A stretch of 63,950 bases of DNA, filler included, from Conidiobolus incongruus B7586 (GCA_000697335.1; 10 parts of 10 records of this genome joined end to end with filler, not necessarily neighbours in it), one strand, 5' to 3'. Shown: positions 1 through 15,900, counted from the first letter of the whole stretch. Made by a program: numbers and translations. The notes: generated from the sequence alone by a model not told the origin.

Positions 1-676
1 ACTTTAATAATAAACTATTATAATTAATAAATCTTAAATTTTTTTATATAATCTTTTATTAAATCATAAATCAAAGTGTTAGACTAAGTTAAATTAACCT
101 TTTTTTATAAATTCCTTTAAATAAATATTTTATTGATAAGTAAATATTAATTGTTATAATAAATTATAATAACATATATTATTTTCATTTAGTTTTTAAA
201 AGAAAATCAATTAATAATAAACTTTATATCTCTTTTGTAAATAAAACTATTTTTAATTAGTATTTTTAATATAATTTAAGAAAACTTATTATTTTACATG
301 ATAATTATAAAATAAATAAATTTAAAATTATAAAAAAATTTTTAATTGAAAATAACTAGAAAAAACTACCATATTTAATATATTCTTTAAATTTTAACTT
401 ATGTAATTATAATTATTTTAGGTAATTAAAAAAATAACTAATAGAAAAGAAAATTTCTAAAGGAAAATTTAATTAGTTTGTAAAATATCAAATTTTAGTC
501 TTTAATATAAAGAATTATTTTTTAAGTGTTAGATCTTTGTTAAAAGTATAATAAAAAGTTATTATAAATATAAGAAATTATTAATTTTATAATATATATT
601 TAGTTTTACTTTTTATATATTAAAATGTTTATTTTTTTCAATCACAAAAAATTCCCATTATTTAAATTAAAAGTAA
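1..676 (+). mobile_element. mariner (DD34D) transposon relic, 3' part with right TIR; heavily C>T/G>A mutated
   Basis: Colinear with 28762-29438, e.g. tttaagtgttagatctttgttaaaagtataataaaaag vs tttaggtgttagatctttgctaaaagtatggcaaaaag. Shares the terminal aatc(a/g)caaaaaattcccattatttaaatt...gtaa followed by TA. Confidence 0.88.
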
Positions 677-1712
677 TATTATTACAAACTATATAATATT
701 TTAAAAGCTATAGTGCTTTAAAATTGTGCTATTCAAATTTTATTAAATTGAAAATAAAAAAATAATAAATAATTGATAAATATTAAAATATATAAAAACT
801 TGGATATTATTCTCAAGGTCCCTAAATCTGTTATATAAAATTCAGTTTGAAAAAAGATATTTATTAAATGTATATTTATTTCGTATCAAGATAATATCAC
901 ATTGCAAATATATTTGAAAGAATATATTTATCTAGAGATCAATCATGATAAGGTTATAAGTTAAAATTTTATAGTTCATAATTTATTAGGGGATTAGATT
1001 ATAACTCGAAAATATATATCATTATATAAAAGATGTTTATGGATATTCAAGAGTAAATGTCATATTAATGATGAATATAGTGTATCATTCAACAGTAAGT
1101 CATTATTTTCGCATTATATCAATTTGATTTAGATGATATCAATACTGGGTATAAAGATATTAATGTTATCAAGTTGATAGAGAAAAATTATGGTATAATA
1201 ATTAAAATCAAATACGATGGTGTAATTTTAGAACTAATATTTTGATATTTTGATTAATTGGTTAATAAAAATTTTATTCAGTTGAAAGTAGTTTTTAACC
1301 AAAAATCAAAAAAAAATTAGAAAAAACACATAAATCAGAAAAATGTATAGTAATTGAATGAAATCGTAAAGTCAACTAGTAACAATGTATGATGAATAGT
1401 AATATAAAAGAATGTTTTCTAAGGATATATCATAATCAAAATTATACTATACCCTGTAAAAATAATTATATTAAAATTAGACAATAATTGTGATTGAAAT
1501 AAAAAACGATTTAAATTAAGATAACCTATAATATTGAAAAAGAGGTTGAATTCAAAGAAAAGAAGGTAAAAATCTAAAGAGAATAAAAAAGAAGAAATTA
1601 GTACATATTAAATACCTTAGTAAAATAATATTTGAAATGAAATATAAAATAATGAATAGGTTGAAAATAATTTACTTTAATCCAATTATAATAGAGTATG
1701 GTCAAAAAATCA

Positions 1713-2453
1713 TTACTTCAGATTTTGAGCTGCAGGTTCGTCAATAAACCAAGTCACTTTACCCTTGGCGAGCTTGACTCTGCTAGCAGGATATTTCTGG
1801 TCTTGCTGTTCGATAATTTGAGGCAATATATCTTTTTTGTTGTCTCCAGTAACGACAAATGCAACAGCGTGAGCGTGGTTTACTACGGGGAAAGTGAGGG
1901 TAATACGCTTTGGAGGGGGCTTAGGGGAGTTTTCAATCTCAGCAACCCACCTCTGGGATTCTTGTAGTAGAGGGTGATCGGGGAACAGAGAACAAGTATG
2001 ACCATCAGGACCAATACCTAAAAGAATTAAATCAAATACAGGGAACATTACTTCATCCTTAGGAGAAAAGATATGGGCAAGCTGATCTTGGTAATCCTCA
2101 GCAGCACTGAAAGGATCGTCGACAAGTTCATTATTGATAGGGAAGACTTGCTCAGGGGGAATTGAGACAAAATCTAAGAGTTCTCTCTTAACTAAACCAT
2201 AATTAGAATCGGCATGGTCGTGAGAAACGCATCGTTCATCCGCGAAAAATACAAACCACTTGCTCCAATCTACTTGAGCGTTATCTTTTAAACCAGCGGC
2301 TAAGGTTTTTGGGAGAGAGCCACCTGAAATAGCTACTGTGAAACGGTCATGCTTTTGAATGGCTTCTTCAGCTGCTTTGATGACGTAATCAGCCAAGGCT
2401 TTAGATACCTGATCAACGTCAGATAATCTCAATACTTCTGTAGTACCGGGCAT
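1713..2453 (-). CDS. SOL3: 6-phosphogluconolactonase (Sol/PGLS family), 246 aa, intronless
   Basis: Motifs ISGGSLPK, FFADERCV, SNYGL, FDLILLGIGPDGHTCSLFP and PKPPPKRITLTFPV. Confidence 0.95.
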   Translation of the reverse strand: MPGTTEVLRLSDVDQVSKALADYVIKAAEEAIQKHDRFTVAISGGSLPKTLAAGLKDNAQVDWSKWFVFFADERCVSHDHADSNYGLVKRELLDFVSIPPEQVFPINNELVDDPFSAAEDYQDQLAHIFSPKDEVMFPVFDLILLGIGPDGHTCSLFPDHPLLQESQRWVAEIENSPKPPPKRITLTFPVVNHAHAVAFVVTGDNKKDILPQIIEQQDQKYPASRVKLAKGKVTWFIDEPAAQNLK

Positions 2454-5400
2454 GCTTTGATTAAATATTTTTAATTTGAATTAGTGTTTATAATTATTGA
2501 TCTTGTATATTTTAATAATAATTTTATGGTGAAAGATGATTGAAAGATTAAATTTATGAAATTTAAAAAAATGACTTGGATTTGAATTAAGTTTAAAACT
2601 GATTATTTGATTGGTTAATAGTTTTAAGTTAATTTAGTATGACATCATGGATTATTCTTGCTTATTATACAGATTAGGTGTTGTGTAATTGATATTGGAT
2701 AAACAGTTACAAAATCAATCAATATCATCTATGAAATCTGTAAAATTAAATTCATCATTCAAATTCAATTATCATAAATATCTTTATAAGGACAACATTA
2801 GTAATGTCCATATTACATATATGATACAGATAATTTCATTAAGAATATAGTCATATACTTCGAATTCATCAATAATCTATTAAAAAATGATAGATTAAAA
2901 TCAGAATAGAAATAATAACGAGTTGAGTTGATTTTCAGCTTAAGAGAATATCATATCATCCCTACTATCTCCTATTGATAAAATATAAAATATATTTAAT
3001 ACTATACCAATAATAATGAGTAAATAATCTTTGAAAATGATATTAAAAAACAAATTTTCCCAAATATTGACCACAAATTAATCAGATTACATTATTACAT
3101 AAAATTCCAAATTATTATTTCAAATATTTTTTAAAAAATAAAGTCCGATTTTTGAATGAAATTGAATGGAAATTGATTCAAAAATATTTTGATTCATATT
3201 TAATATAATTTAAAGTTTATTTTTATTAAATATAATATTGGAATATTATCGATATTAAATAAATAGAGTACATCATTAATTAATATATAGATTTTTATAA
3301 TAAGTGCTATGAAAAACTTGTATTGACTAGAAAATTCTATCACAAACTAATTTAAATCATTCAAAAAGTAATATATTTGAATTTTAAAATTAAAGAATAA
3401 TGGTCAAACTTAAAATATCAAAAACATATAATATCGAATGGATCTTTGCTATATTATGTATTTAAAATTATATTTTGCATCATGGAGTTTAAATTAATGA
3501 AATTTAAACAATGAATTTAAAGCTGATAACCATAATAGGTATTATCAAATCTATATAAAATATGATGAGTTGATGGAAGATTTTAAATTTAGCAAATTTT
3601 CAATGTTATAGTCAATAATATATATCTTTACATTCTATAACTTTAATATAAATGTAAAGTATAATAACTTCTGTAGATATGGTATATTTAATAATAAATG
3701 CCAGCGATGAAAAATTGAATTATTTTATTTTTTCAGCCAAAAATCTTTCAAGCTTATTAACAAATTATTACATAATAAAATCCAGAAAAGTGTTTAATGA
3801 ATTGTGTTTTAATATAAAATATGAAAATTACAAAAATATATTGATATTTATCAATAATATTTTGAATTAGTAAATATTAATAAGAATATAATAAATTAAG
3901 GGCAAAATCGTATAATTGTATGCTGGCTGTTATTATATAATATTAAATAAAATGTTTTTTTCCAAGCAATGAAAATCAATATATTTTAAAAAAATAATAG
4001 CGTTCATATAATACAGATTGAAGGTTAAAAATGATAGAATTTTGATTTTGTTGATAATCTAAATGAAAAGCAAAGTTAAATGATTTATACATTTAGCCCA
4101 AATTGTTTAAAAAAATCTAATGATTTGATAAATTTTATATAGTCTTCAAGTATATGAAGATTTTATCTTCAAAAATTGCTAAGTCATTTAATGAAACTAG
4201 GTTAGGCTATAAAAAGAATAATGGTTAAAAGGGATAAATATTCCTCCGAAAAGGAGTAAATTTAAATTTAACACATAATTTAATACAATGTTTGTATGGT
4301 ATTATGTTAGAAATTTTAATATACAATATATTGTAATTTAAATTATCCAGGTATTATTGAGCATATATTTTATAAAGTATACTAGAAATAATATCTTGCT
4401 CTTGAATTTGATTCGTGATTATTAGAAACGCTTAAAAATATAGTAACAATTTCAAAATAAACGTTAAATTATCAAAACTAATATATTCATTATTATTAAA
4501 TAATTTTTATGATTTAGCATACTTTTAATGAAAAGCACTGTTATATAATAGGTGCGGATTATATTTTGTCAACACAATTTAAATATATGTGATTAATTTA
4601 AATATATACATGTTCTGGCATTTCTTTTGTGACTCTCAGTTCATGAATAAAGTGATTAATATTTTGCTTTGCAACTAAGCGCTTATTTGTTTACTTATAA
4701 TTGAAAAACAGTAGGTAAGTTTTGGGCCAACCTTATGCGAAGTTGGTGAAATAGTTGCTACATTTTTGCCTGAGTGCATTAATAAATTTATTTATATTCA
4801 ATCAGTTTAATTATTATGAATTCAATTTTGAAAACTTTGTTATAATTAGAATATTAAAATATGATTTTTCAAAAATGATGTCAATAAAAATTAGGATAAT
4901 CTTATTTAAAATAATCAGTTTATTTATCAAATACCATGATTAGTGTCACTTACAAGTTTGAAATTTATAATATTTCTATTTAATTTCAAATATTAGTTAT
5001 ATTTATTAAATTTTATAATACAATCCACAACAATGCTTCTAATAAAATTAAAATTATCTCTATATAATAATTTTTGGAATAGAGATAGATATGGGTATTA
5101 TAATAATTTAATGTAGTTAATAACACTTTTACAGGTATTCATTAATTTCAAAATTTATCACTTATTTTAAAAGGATATTATAATATTGTAGAACAATTTA
5201 TCAAAGGGTTGTTATATATAACATTGATACAATTTAAGCTAATTTTAAAGCAAATGGTCATAATTCAAATGGTTTGAAATGGTTCTCTATTTTTGATCCT
5301 AGGCTTCAGCCCTTGTTCCTATTATCATTAATGATCAATAAATTAGTATATCTCTATATCAAAATGCTTAAAAAATACATTAATTTGATTTGAGTACTAT

Positions 5401-5744
5401 AATTAGTAATAGATCAAATATCTATATTACCCATTTATTAAAAATGTAAAGTCACATATATTTATCACAAATATACCTGTTTTCTTTATTGTTAACAGAT
5501 AATTTAATTGAATTTTGAATTTTACATTCTATATTGTAATAGTTTTCAAATAGTAAATTGGCTAGATGAGAAATAAATTTAGAATATAATATAATATCTC
5601 TTATCAATTTTGTAGATTAAAAGCATTAAACAAATTAATATTTTAATTTATTCAATTCAATCATTAATAACATCTTTTTCATTATATATACCTAGAAAAT
5701 AATAGAATTAATTGATTTTATATATTCATTAACATTCAAACATC

Positions 5745-7023
5745 ATGACACTTTCTCAACCAAGTGAAAACACCTCACTACTGCCAACCAATTCTTCTAA
5801 TGGGTTCGATTATGTTGTAGACGTTGATACCAATGATGATCCTATGAACCTTAAGTCAAAAAAACAATCTCAAGAACAGTTATCACTTCTTATCCAGCAA
5901 GGGCGTCATAATGTCCATTCCTTTTACTCTCAGCAAAATGAACTCATTGAAGATTTACTTACTGCTCTAGAACCTAATGTAGACGATTCTGAAAACTTGC
6001 TTAAATTAAAAATAGCTATTAATGGTTCAGTTATCGTCAATATTGTATTGTTAATCTTGCAAATGTACGCGGCCTTTACTACTGGATCACTATCACTTTT
6101 TGCTACTATGGCCGATGCTTTTATGGATCTTTTATCAAGTATAATATTATTATTGGCAGGTTGGGCCGCTGATAACGTTAATCACTTTTTATATCCAACA
6201 GTAAAATATATATTAGTTTTTAGAGCCATTTAATCAATTTGTTTTAGGGTAAATCAAGGTTAGAAACAGCTGGTATTATTGTGTTCTCTTCTCTTATGGC
6301 TACCGTTTCAATTAATCTTTTGGTAATTATTTTTACAATTTTTATTATAATATGTTCAAAGTAACAAAGATTATAGATCGAAGGTGCAAAAGCTTTGATT
6401 TATGTTGAAAATAAGGTTGAATTAACATTTTCAAGTGTTGCTTGCATTGTAGCTGCTTTAGGTATTTGAATAGATTATCTTAAATAATCAGTCAGCAATA
6501 TTGATATCATACTCTTTTAGTGTCGAAATTTATTTTATACGTGTATTGCTCTATATTATCGAAATACCCAAGCGCTCAAATATTGGCATTGGATCATCGA
6601 AACGATATAATTGTTAATGTATTTGGTTTAAGTATGAGTTTGTTGGGTCACAATTTGTATTGGTGGATGGACCCTGTAGGATGTCTACTGGTTGCCCTCT
6701 TTATTTTAAGATCTTGGGTTAGCACAGCTTTGGAGCAAATTGATTTAATTGTTGGAAAAGCTGCAGACCCTGACTTTTTAAAGAAGCTAACCTATATTTC
6801 AATGACTCACGATCCTCGAATTAAACATATTGACACGTGTAGAGCTTATCATGCTGGAAACAACTTCTTCGTTGAAGTTGACATAGTATTGGATCCCAAT
6901 ACTCCCTTACATGAAAGCCACGATATTGCAGAAAGCTTACAAATCAAACTAGAATCTTTACAAAATGTTGAAAGAGCGTTTGTCCATGCTGACTATGAAT
7001 TTTTCCATGCCCCTGAGCATTAA
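5745..7023 (+). CDS. cation diffusion facilitator, Mn-CDF (MTP8/MTP11-like), ~372 aa; exons 5745-6200, 6248-6322, 6377-6461, 6521-7023
   Basis: Three short GT..AG introns join the ORFs in frame (YPT|GKSRLETAG). Carries DxxxD metal sites DAFMD and DHRND, and a C-terminal ZT-dimer domain (VEVDIVL..HDIAESLQ..VERAFVHADY). Confidence 0.93.
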
Positions 7024-8076
7024 ATCTGTTTTTATTAATTTGTCATTTCAAATATTGCTAAATTAGATTTTTTTTTCTTGATGTATGGATTAATATTCAA
7101 TAAGTCCATCAATGCTATTAATTGATAAAATTATTGTATAAATTAATTAATTACAGAATATGATTTTAACTTAAAAAATATTAACATTAATAGTGTTTAC
7201 TTGAATATAATAAACACTCAATAACTCTTAGCCATGATTGGCTGTATTTTAATGTTGTATTTATCATTAAATCATCTACATTTTCATAATGACACTAAAA
7301 ATTTCATATTCTACGAATAGCTAAAACCTTTCTGCACAGATGTAAAACTAAATTAACAACAATTGTTGTTAAATTAAGTTAAATTGGTTCAACTGGAAAG
7401 TGAACTTAGTAAGATCATAAGGAATAAGTTACCAATATTATTTGATATTATCAAGCTAAACTTTTTAGTCAACTGTATTTATTATTAAGAATGGTTACAA
7501 ACAGTTCCTTATAATCTTGTATATAATGTATAAAAATTTTATCAACTTGAATAATAACATTTGAATTTTCCCTCTAAAAATATTTTTAACAAATTTTAAT
7601 GTATTCAAAACTAGAATTCATCATATTTTTAAATTATAGAAACATAATTATATAAATATTCTAGCTTAAAAATTATTACTAAATTTACAAAGTAATACAT
7701 ATGCCAAAAGAATTTAGGAGTAATATTTTTGATGATGCAATGTATTTAAATATATGAATAGTTGAATTGAATATTGTTAAAAAAAAGTAATGACATATTT
7801 GAAAATTTAAAGTTTTGTTTAATAAGGTAATCAATTGATAACGCATTATATGATAAATTGGCCAGATTCAGAATATACATTAAAGGAGTGATTGATATAA
7901 TAGTAGTTTAGAAATTAAAATAGTGGAGATAGTTAATATATGGACATTTAATAATTCAAAAGACACGTTAGGTAATGATATGTACTAGAATTCCAATTGG
8001 AAACAGAGAGATAGGAATCTTATTGATGAGTTGATATTTTGATACACCAATGAATATAAACATTAGAAGAAAAATT

Positions 8077-9334
8077 TTATGACCAGACCTAATTTAAAGT
8101 AAATAAATATAAATTCAATAATCAAAACATAACAATAATAATAGATACCTTAAGGAAAGAATCCCAACTTCCAGTACATAGAGCCATACCGTCAGAGGAT
8201 ACTCCTAAACAGCTGACTCGATTGTCATGACTAGCTAACACCCCAACTCTTTCTCCCTTTAAGGTATCCCAAACATTACAATGATAATCATCGTAACCAG
8301 CGAATAGCAAGCGACCCGATATAGAAAAAGCCACTGAGGTAATACCACATAGAATGTTATCATGAGTGAATTGATTTAGCTCTCTATCCGCCCTTAAATC
8401 AAAGAGACGACAAGAAGCGTCGTCGGAACCAGTAGCGAAAGCATTTCCATTGGGGAAAAATCTAAGGAGATATTATTTAGTATATTTAATAAATAGCAAA
8501 ATTATATATTAAACTATGAACACAAAAAATAACAAGTATGGGAAAATTAATACTTACTGGACGGCGTTAATATCGCTTTCATGGCCTGTAAACGTTTGAA
8601 CACATTTACCAGAACGAATATCCCATATTTTGGCAGTGGCATCACAAGCACCAGTAACAAAGGTATTCTGGTCAGGGGATAAGGACAAAGACATAACATC
8701 TCCAGTGTGATCTGTAAATTCGGTGATTTTCTTATTATGGTCAATATCCCAAAGAATACAGGTCATGTCACCAGAACTAGTAAGGATTTGTTGGTCATTA
8801 AGGAAGCGGCAGCAAGATAAGTAACCAGTATGGGCGTTCAATTCTCTCATAACTTTGCTTGGTGAATCTTTACCAGTCAAGTTGTAAACGGAACAAATAT
8901 TATCTAAACCACCACAAGCGACAAGGTTACCAGAAGGAGCATATGCACAAGTCATAACCCAAGAAGAACGAAGTGGAATAGCATGAAGCTTATTGGTAGT
9001 ATAGGCATCCCAAACAATGAGTTTACCATCTTGAGAGGCAGAAATTAAATGTCTTTCATCCGAAGCCCATTGCATAGCATAAATTTTAGCCAAGTGACCT
9101 TTAAGAGTTCTTCGAACCTTCATAACAATTCTTGGTAAAGGTTCAAGTTCAGCCGCCATAGCTTTGACTAGAAAAAGTTAGTAAGCGACTGGAGAAGTGC
9201 CAAAATAAAAGAAGATATGAACAAGATAACTTACGGGTAGTATCAGCTAAGGAGTCCTTTTTAATTCTAATCTTTTCTTTAAGCGTTTCGGCTTCTTTTC
9301 TAGCAGCATTAATTCTTTCGGCAGCGTCCGACAT
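8077..9334 (-). CDS. GPB1: heterotrimeric G-protein beta subunit, 344 aa; exons 9334-9235, 9167-8558, 8461-8149, 8088-8077
   Basis: Contains [30 protein letters not shown]40 repeats and C-terminal [12 protein letters not shown]. Splice sites keep the frame. Confidence 0.97.
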
Positions 9335-12300
9335 TTTGTTTAGTATAAGTGAGTGAGTTAGATATTAATTGAGTGAGAAATTAGTTGAAAATAAAATTAA
9401 GAATAGGGGTAAGAAAAGTGACAAATTACTTTTCTAGCTTAAATACGATAATAACTCAATTAACAAGGCTTGCTAATTGAAAACAATCAAAGCTTGAGTT
9501 TGAGCTAAGTTGAACAAGAAGAGATGAGGTACTGAGAAAAGCAAAGAAAAGAAAGAGTTTGTTTTGGCTAAGATATTAAAGTTGAGTAAGCTCTGAAAAC
9601 AAAATAATGTAGAGTAAAAGGGTTGAAATGGTCAATAAAGTAATTAATATCCAAGTTGAATAAAAAGTAGAATAAATATCATTTATTTTTGTAAAATGAT
9701 ATTTCATTTAAGTCTCATGTCTATCTATCACCCTTCATAAATTTAGTTGATTGGTAAATAAAAACCAAAACCATCTTTTTCTCCCATGATCCCCCTTATT
9801 CCCCCTCCGCTATTTTATTCTAATCTACACTTATCCTAAGAACAGCCATATATTCCTACAAATATTGTTGATTATTTGCTGGATCAGGTCAATTCTTTAT
9901 CATTATCTGTTCTACAGCTGTTTTGTTTCATTTGTGAGCATATTTGAATCACTGAATTTTGTGGCTTAAGACCAACAATCTACAAACACCCCAATGAGTG
10001 GTGAATAAGAATCCAATACTGGACACGATACGAGCTAATATTAGTAATATTTAATGATCAAAGTGGCGAATGCACTGACATTCGAGTTTCAAAATGAAGA
10101 AAGTTTCAAACCCAGCTGGCTATAATGCTCAATAATAGTTATACTGACTTTCATGTTAATTTGTATCCAATTGAAAAATTTTTCTGATCGCATTCCAAAG
10201 TATTAGAAAATTCCATCTAACGATATACAGAAGTAACATTTCATTTTATTCAGCGTTAAAATATCAAATTCTTAAATTTTACTAACAATTATAGATAAAA
10301 CTCTAGGGTAATGATTTAAGAATTCTTGTTACTCGTTAACCAATTTTACGAAAATCTGCTATCCTCCGTTCTCCCTTCAACTGCTTCAATGCTTTTGAAA
10401 CTTTGATAAATTGGTAATTCTAGTGATTGGTTAATTACTTGATGATGAAAGATTTAGCCAATTAGTTTAGCAGAATGAGACTGCATTTAATAAAATATAC
10501 GTTTATAACAATGTCAGTCATTTTGAATATACTCTATTTTTGAATATTAGTAAATAAATATAAAAGTGTATTGAATAAACAATTGAAATGGAATGGATTT
10601 ATAGTTAATGTTTAAAATGGATATTTATTTTGGGAGACATATTGAACACATTTTAGGATTGAGACAAATGAGAAAATAAATTGGTGGATCTAAACCTATT
10701 TCACTTGAATGTTTTTCAATTTTAATTTCGGATATTATTATTGGATGAATTGTAACATGGAGAAACTAAATATTCAGATTCCAAAATTTATAGCCAATCC
10801 TGAGTAAATTGATTTGAAATGAATTTGTAGTTTTATATGTAAATATATTCAAAGCTTAAGAAAAAATTATTTTATTTATGTCACATTCTCTGTCAAATAA
10901 ACTTAACATAACAATTCACTGTTTCTTTAATTTATATAATAAAATAAATATGATTTCATCCCAATATTTCAATAACAACAATGAAATAATATTATATTAA
11001 ATGTACCAAATTCTGAATTATTAATAAAACTATCACAATATATCCTATATAATCTCTTGTTTCAAAATTTAAAATAACTCAGATCTTCTTTAATAATTTG
11101 ATGATAATTACTCTTTCAAAGCAAGCTAAAACACCTTTCACTTAATTCCATAGTTGTTATTATTTTAATATTTCATGCTACAATTATAATCTTATAACTT
11201 AAAATGAAAATCAAAATTAATATCATCTTTATACTATATCTGGTTGATATAAAGTATTTGTTATTTATAGAAACTATTTATCAAAATTGTATTTTACATA
11301 TTTAGTGCGTTTTAAATTTCGGAGGAATCCGAGGGTTAACCAAATATGGCTATTTCTATTGATATTATCCAATGATTTCGATTAATTCAAGTTTTAAAAC
11401 TATTTATACTCTTTTGATTGACTGAAAATGATTCAAGTTTTAGTCAACAAATATATTTGATATTTCACCAAGTATTTTCATTATTTTATTCTCAAAAAAA
11501 ATTTTCTGATTTTATGTAGTTAATATTTGTGAAAATGTATGAGAAAATTTGAACTGTAATAGTGATTATGTAATCATAATTGGAGCATGGTTTAAAGGTA
11601 TATATTAATTGGATAATTTGGAAATATCATTGTTTTATAAGCAATAATCAAAACAATATTTTATTCTGTAATACACTTCAAAACTTAATGAAAGTCCCAA
11701 TATTGACTCTTTTTTCAAAAGCTGCTGTAAGTTTATCAAATGATATAACAAACATAATCCAAAATTAATTTACGAAATATATTATTTGTTTCACTTAATC
11801 CCTAATAAAAAAATAATATAAAATATGTACTTCGAATATAAATTTAGACTTTAAATAAAATCAATACCAATTTTATAATGCCATTGATTTAAATAATATA
11901 TTATATAGGCTAACTGTTCAAAGTAGACAAATAGGTATTAAATTATAAATATTTAGTATTTTATAAATATTTTTCATTCTTTGAGAAATTTACTCTTATG
12001 CATAAATTGTAAATTCTTATTATATAAAAATAATGATGTAAACATGAACACAAGGTGGATTTTATAACTGAATTTTTGTTATAGTTTATTGAAATAATAT
12101 TGATTTAATTGTTGGAATTGCAATAATCTTTTGTTATACAATGAATTACACAACCAAGTGAAAAATCAAATAATATTTTCAAATATCAAACAAATTATAT
12201 TAAAAAATTAAATATATATTGAGTATATATTATTCTAAATATTTTTACTAAAATCTATCTATTATTATATATTATAATATAAAAAATTTATAAATAAAAT

Positions 12301-12778
12301 ATTAATTGAATTTATTTATATAAATAAATATTGTTTTTTATAATTTTTATATAATTTCTTATATAATTAAAATAATTTACAAAGTACCTAGGAAGAATTT
12401 TTGGACAAAAAATATTTAATTTAAATAGCAATTATAATCAAAATTTATTTCTATTTCAAATAATATTTTGTTTAATCCTTATTCAAATAAAACTGGAAAA
12501 ATATATTATAAAATAATTAAATATAAATTTAATTAAATCTTTGAATAATTAAATTTAAAATTTTAATAAAAAATTATATTCAGTTATTATTTACTATATA
12601 TTGAAATAACTTATTAGATATTTATTATTTCAATATTTGCTTAAATTATTAATTTTTTTGATAATATTTTAATTATATNNNNNNNNNNNNNNNNNNNNNN
12701 NNNNNNNNNNNNNNNNNNNNNNTTAATTAATTAANNNNNNNNNNNNNNNNNNNNNNNNNNNNNNNNNNNNNNNNNNNN

Positions 12779-12853
12779 ATATATATAATTGTTTTAGTTT
12801 TTAATTAAAATATATATATTTTTGATTTTATAACTTACTTTTGTAGGTTAGTG
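12779..12853. mobile_element. terminal end of the Tc1-like element, truncated by an assembly gap
   Basis: ...tttttgattttataacttacttttgtaggttagtg followed by TA matches the ends at 56827 and 62693. Confidence 0.8.
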
Positions 12854-12963
12854 TATAAGTTAATAATAATTTAAAGATAAAATAAAATAAAATAAAATAA
12901 ATAAAGATTTAAAGTATAAAAAATATAGCTAGTAATATAATAATATTAATAACATTATTAATT

Positions 12964-15900
12964 TGTTAAAAGATTAATTCTTTAAATTTTTATATATACT
13001 TTTATATAATCTAATTAACTATAAATTATACAATTGATTTATATTTATATAGTTAAATTAATTATATAAATAGCATTGAATTATTTAATAAACTAAGTTT
13101 TTCTTTTTTTTCTTAATTCTTACTATTTTTTACTTTTACACTATTTCTAATATTGAGACTATATTCTTTTAATATTATAAGATATTAACACTACCTAATA
13201 TAAATCTTAATATATTAGTAACTCATCTTAGTTTAAAGTTTAATTAAACTTTATTTATACTTGTACACTACAATTACATTATATTATTACATTCTATATA
13301 TATTATTTTTATATTAAATTTTCCTCTATATTATATTAATTTAACTACAACTATATTTATATAGTAGCAGTAATAAAACTATTAACAACCTATTAGAAAT
13401 TAATAATTATTTGTATTAAATTTAATTATTATTATTTTAAATCTTATCTATAATTTATTTTATTTAAATTTTACATTATATATTATAATACCACCAAAAA
13501 AATACCTTTATATTATTTTAATAATGATAATAATTTAATTACTAAGTAAATCTAAAACTTTAATTTTTAAAAGTTTATTACCCTCTAAAAAATTTATATT
13601 AGACAACTTTTGATTAAAAAAAATATATTTTAAAAAGCTTAAATCTAATAAACTAACTACTTTACTATAGTTAATATATAAAACTACCTTTTTAATATCT
13701 TTAAAAACAAATTAATTACTTATGATAGTTTTAAAAACCTTTATAAACTTGAATATTATCTTAAAAATATAAAGAATTACCTTAATTTAATCTAAGTTAA
13801 AAATTTAAAAAATATCTTTAATTATTTTTTTTTTAGAAAATTCTATTTATATTTAGTAATTAACTTATTATAAACTTAATCCTAAAAAATTTTTAAGAGG
13901 ATAATTTACTATAAAAATATAAACTTTTAAACAATTAGAAAAAACTTTTAAAGAAAGGTATTACCTAAAAAATCAAGTTTAATTAATAAAAGAAAAGCTT
14001 TCTTAACTTAAATAAAAAACTTTTACAAAATAATTAATTGAGAAATTTAATGAGATATGTTTAAATATATTAAATATCACTAAAAAAAACAAATCTATAA
14101 ACTATTATAATGTTTTAACTTTTAAGTGAAGTTTTAGTTAGTTAATAAAGAATACTTTGATAATATGTTTTTTTTAACATTTATAATACAGCAATTATAA
14201 TTAGTAATATCTTTTACTTTATAATTAAATCTTCCTACCTAAAAAATTAATCTTTTAAACTTTATTTTAACCCACTTAAGTTTTAAATAATAGATGTTTC
14301 TATTTTAAAACTTTATAAAAAAACCTTTAGTAAAGAAATTAAAGCCTACTTAAAAATAAATAAAGGTTGTTATTACTGCTAAAAAACTTAAGTTAATTAT
14401 AAAACTAATAAATACCTTTTAAAAAAGCAACATCTGTTTAATTTTCAATAATCTTAACCTACCAACTATAAATCAAACTTGAATAATATTAATATAACCT
14501 TAAAATTACCCTTTTTACAATTAGTTAGCAAATTCTAATTTAATCCACAAAAGTTTTAATAAACTATTGATTCTACAAATTAAATTATATATACTAGAGA
14601 AATTTAACTGATTAAACCATTAAAAATTAGAAATATTTTAGTAATTAATTTACCTTGTGATTTTTACCTTTAACTATTACCTTATTGTTTATATTAATTA
14701 ATTTCTTTATAAATACACCTATTAGTGTTTTAATTAATTCTAATTGTTTTAGTTATATTATCTCTTTTTTTATTATTGTAAAGTTATCTTTACTTACTTA
14801 AAAAAATAACTTGATAATTAAATATACTAATAACTTAATAGAATAAGTATCTGGTATTATATTTAAATATTTATTATTACCCCTTAACTACTTTTAATAT
14901 ATTAAATTCCTAGTTAGTAACATTAATTATAATTTTATACTAAGTTAAAATTAATTTAAATATTACAGTTTTATATCTATAAATATTATTCTAGAAGGTT
15001 ACAAATTTATTTTTTTTATATTTTAAAAAAAATTAGCAGAATTAATTTTAAAAAACCTATATTACCTTATTATAAAATTATTTAATATTATACCTAACAT
15101 TAACTTTATAATTATCACAAATAATTCTATTATTATAAACAAAAACTAATGTAAAAAATGAATTAAAAACTTTAATAATTTATAAAAATATATATTTGTT
15201 TATTATTTATTTATTAATATTTTATTTGTTAATTTCAATAAAATTATATTTAATAACCACTTCTTATATAATATAATAAGTTAAATTGCTAATGTTTTTA
15301 AATTTATAGATAAATTACATTTTAAATATAATATTAAATATAAAATTAAGCTACTCTCTAATATACAACTATACTTAAAATTTACTTACCATTTATCTCT
15401 TAAATAATATTAAACTTTAAAAGAAGAAATCCAAAAACTATTTAAAAATAGGTATATTAGACTTTTTTCCTTATTATAAAAATCTCTAATTTTCTTTATA
15501 AAAAAAACTGATGGTGGTTAAAGATTATATATTGATAATTATATTTTAAACTTTAAAACTATTAAAGATAAAACTTTATTATTAAACTTATATAATGTTA
15601 AGGATAAACTACTTAAATCAACTATATTTATTAAATTAGATGTTAAGAATAGATATTATAATATTAAAGTTGAAGAAAATTTTATCCTATTAACTACTTT
15701 CAATATCTTTTTAAGTTACTATAAATTTACTATTATAAACTTTAGATTGTGTAATACCTTTGTAACTTTTATTTAATTTATCAATTCCTTTTTTAATTTT
15801 AACTTTAATAACTTTATTATTATATACTTTAATAATATTTTAATCTATTTAAAAACTAAAGAAAAATATATTTAACATATTAATTAAATTTTACAAATTA

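Noticed and set aside
9560..9590. ttttggctaagat resembles the U2 snRNA 5' region
   Set aside because: Lacks the preceding ttctcggcc and an intact caagtgtagta branch-pairing sequence. It lies in the Gbeta upstream region and is probably a chance match.
9850..10500. Moderately GC-rich region upstream of Gbeta
   Set aside because: No sustained ORF or RNA fold recognised. Most simply promoter or intergenic sequence.
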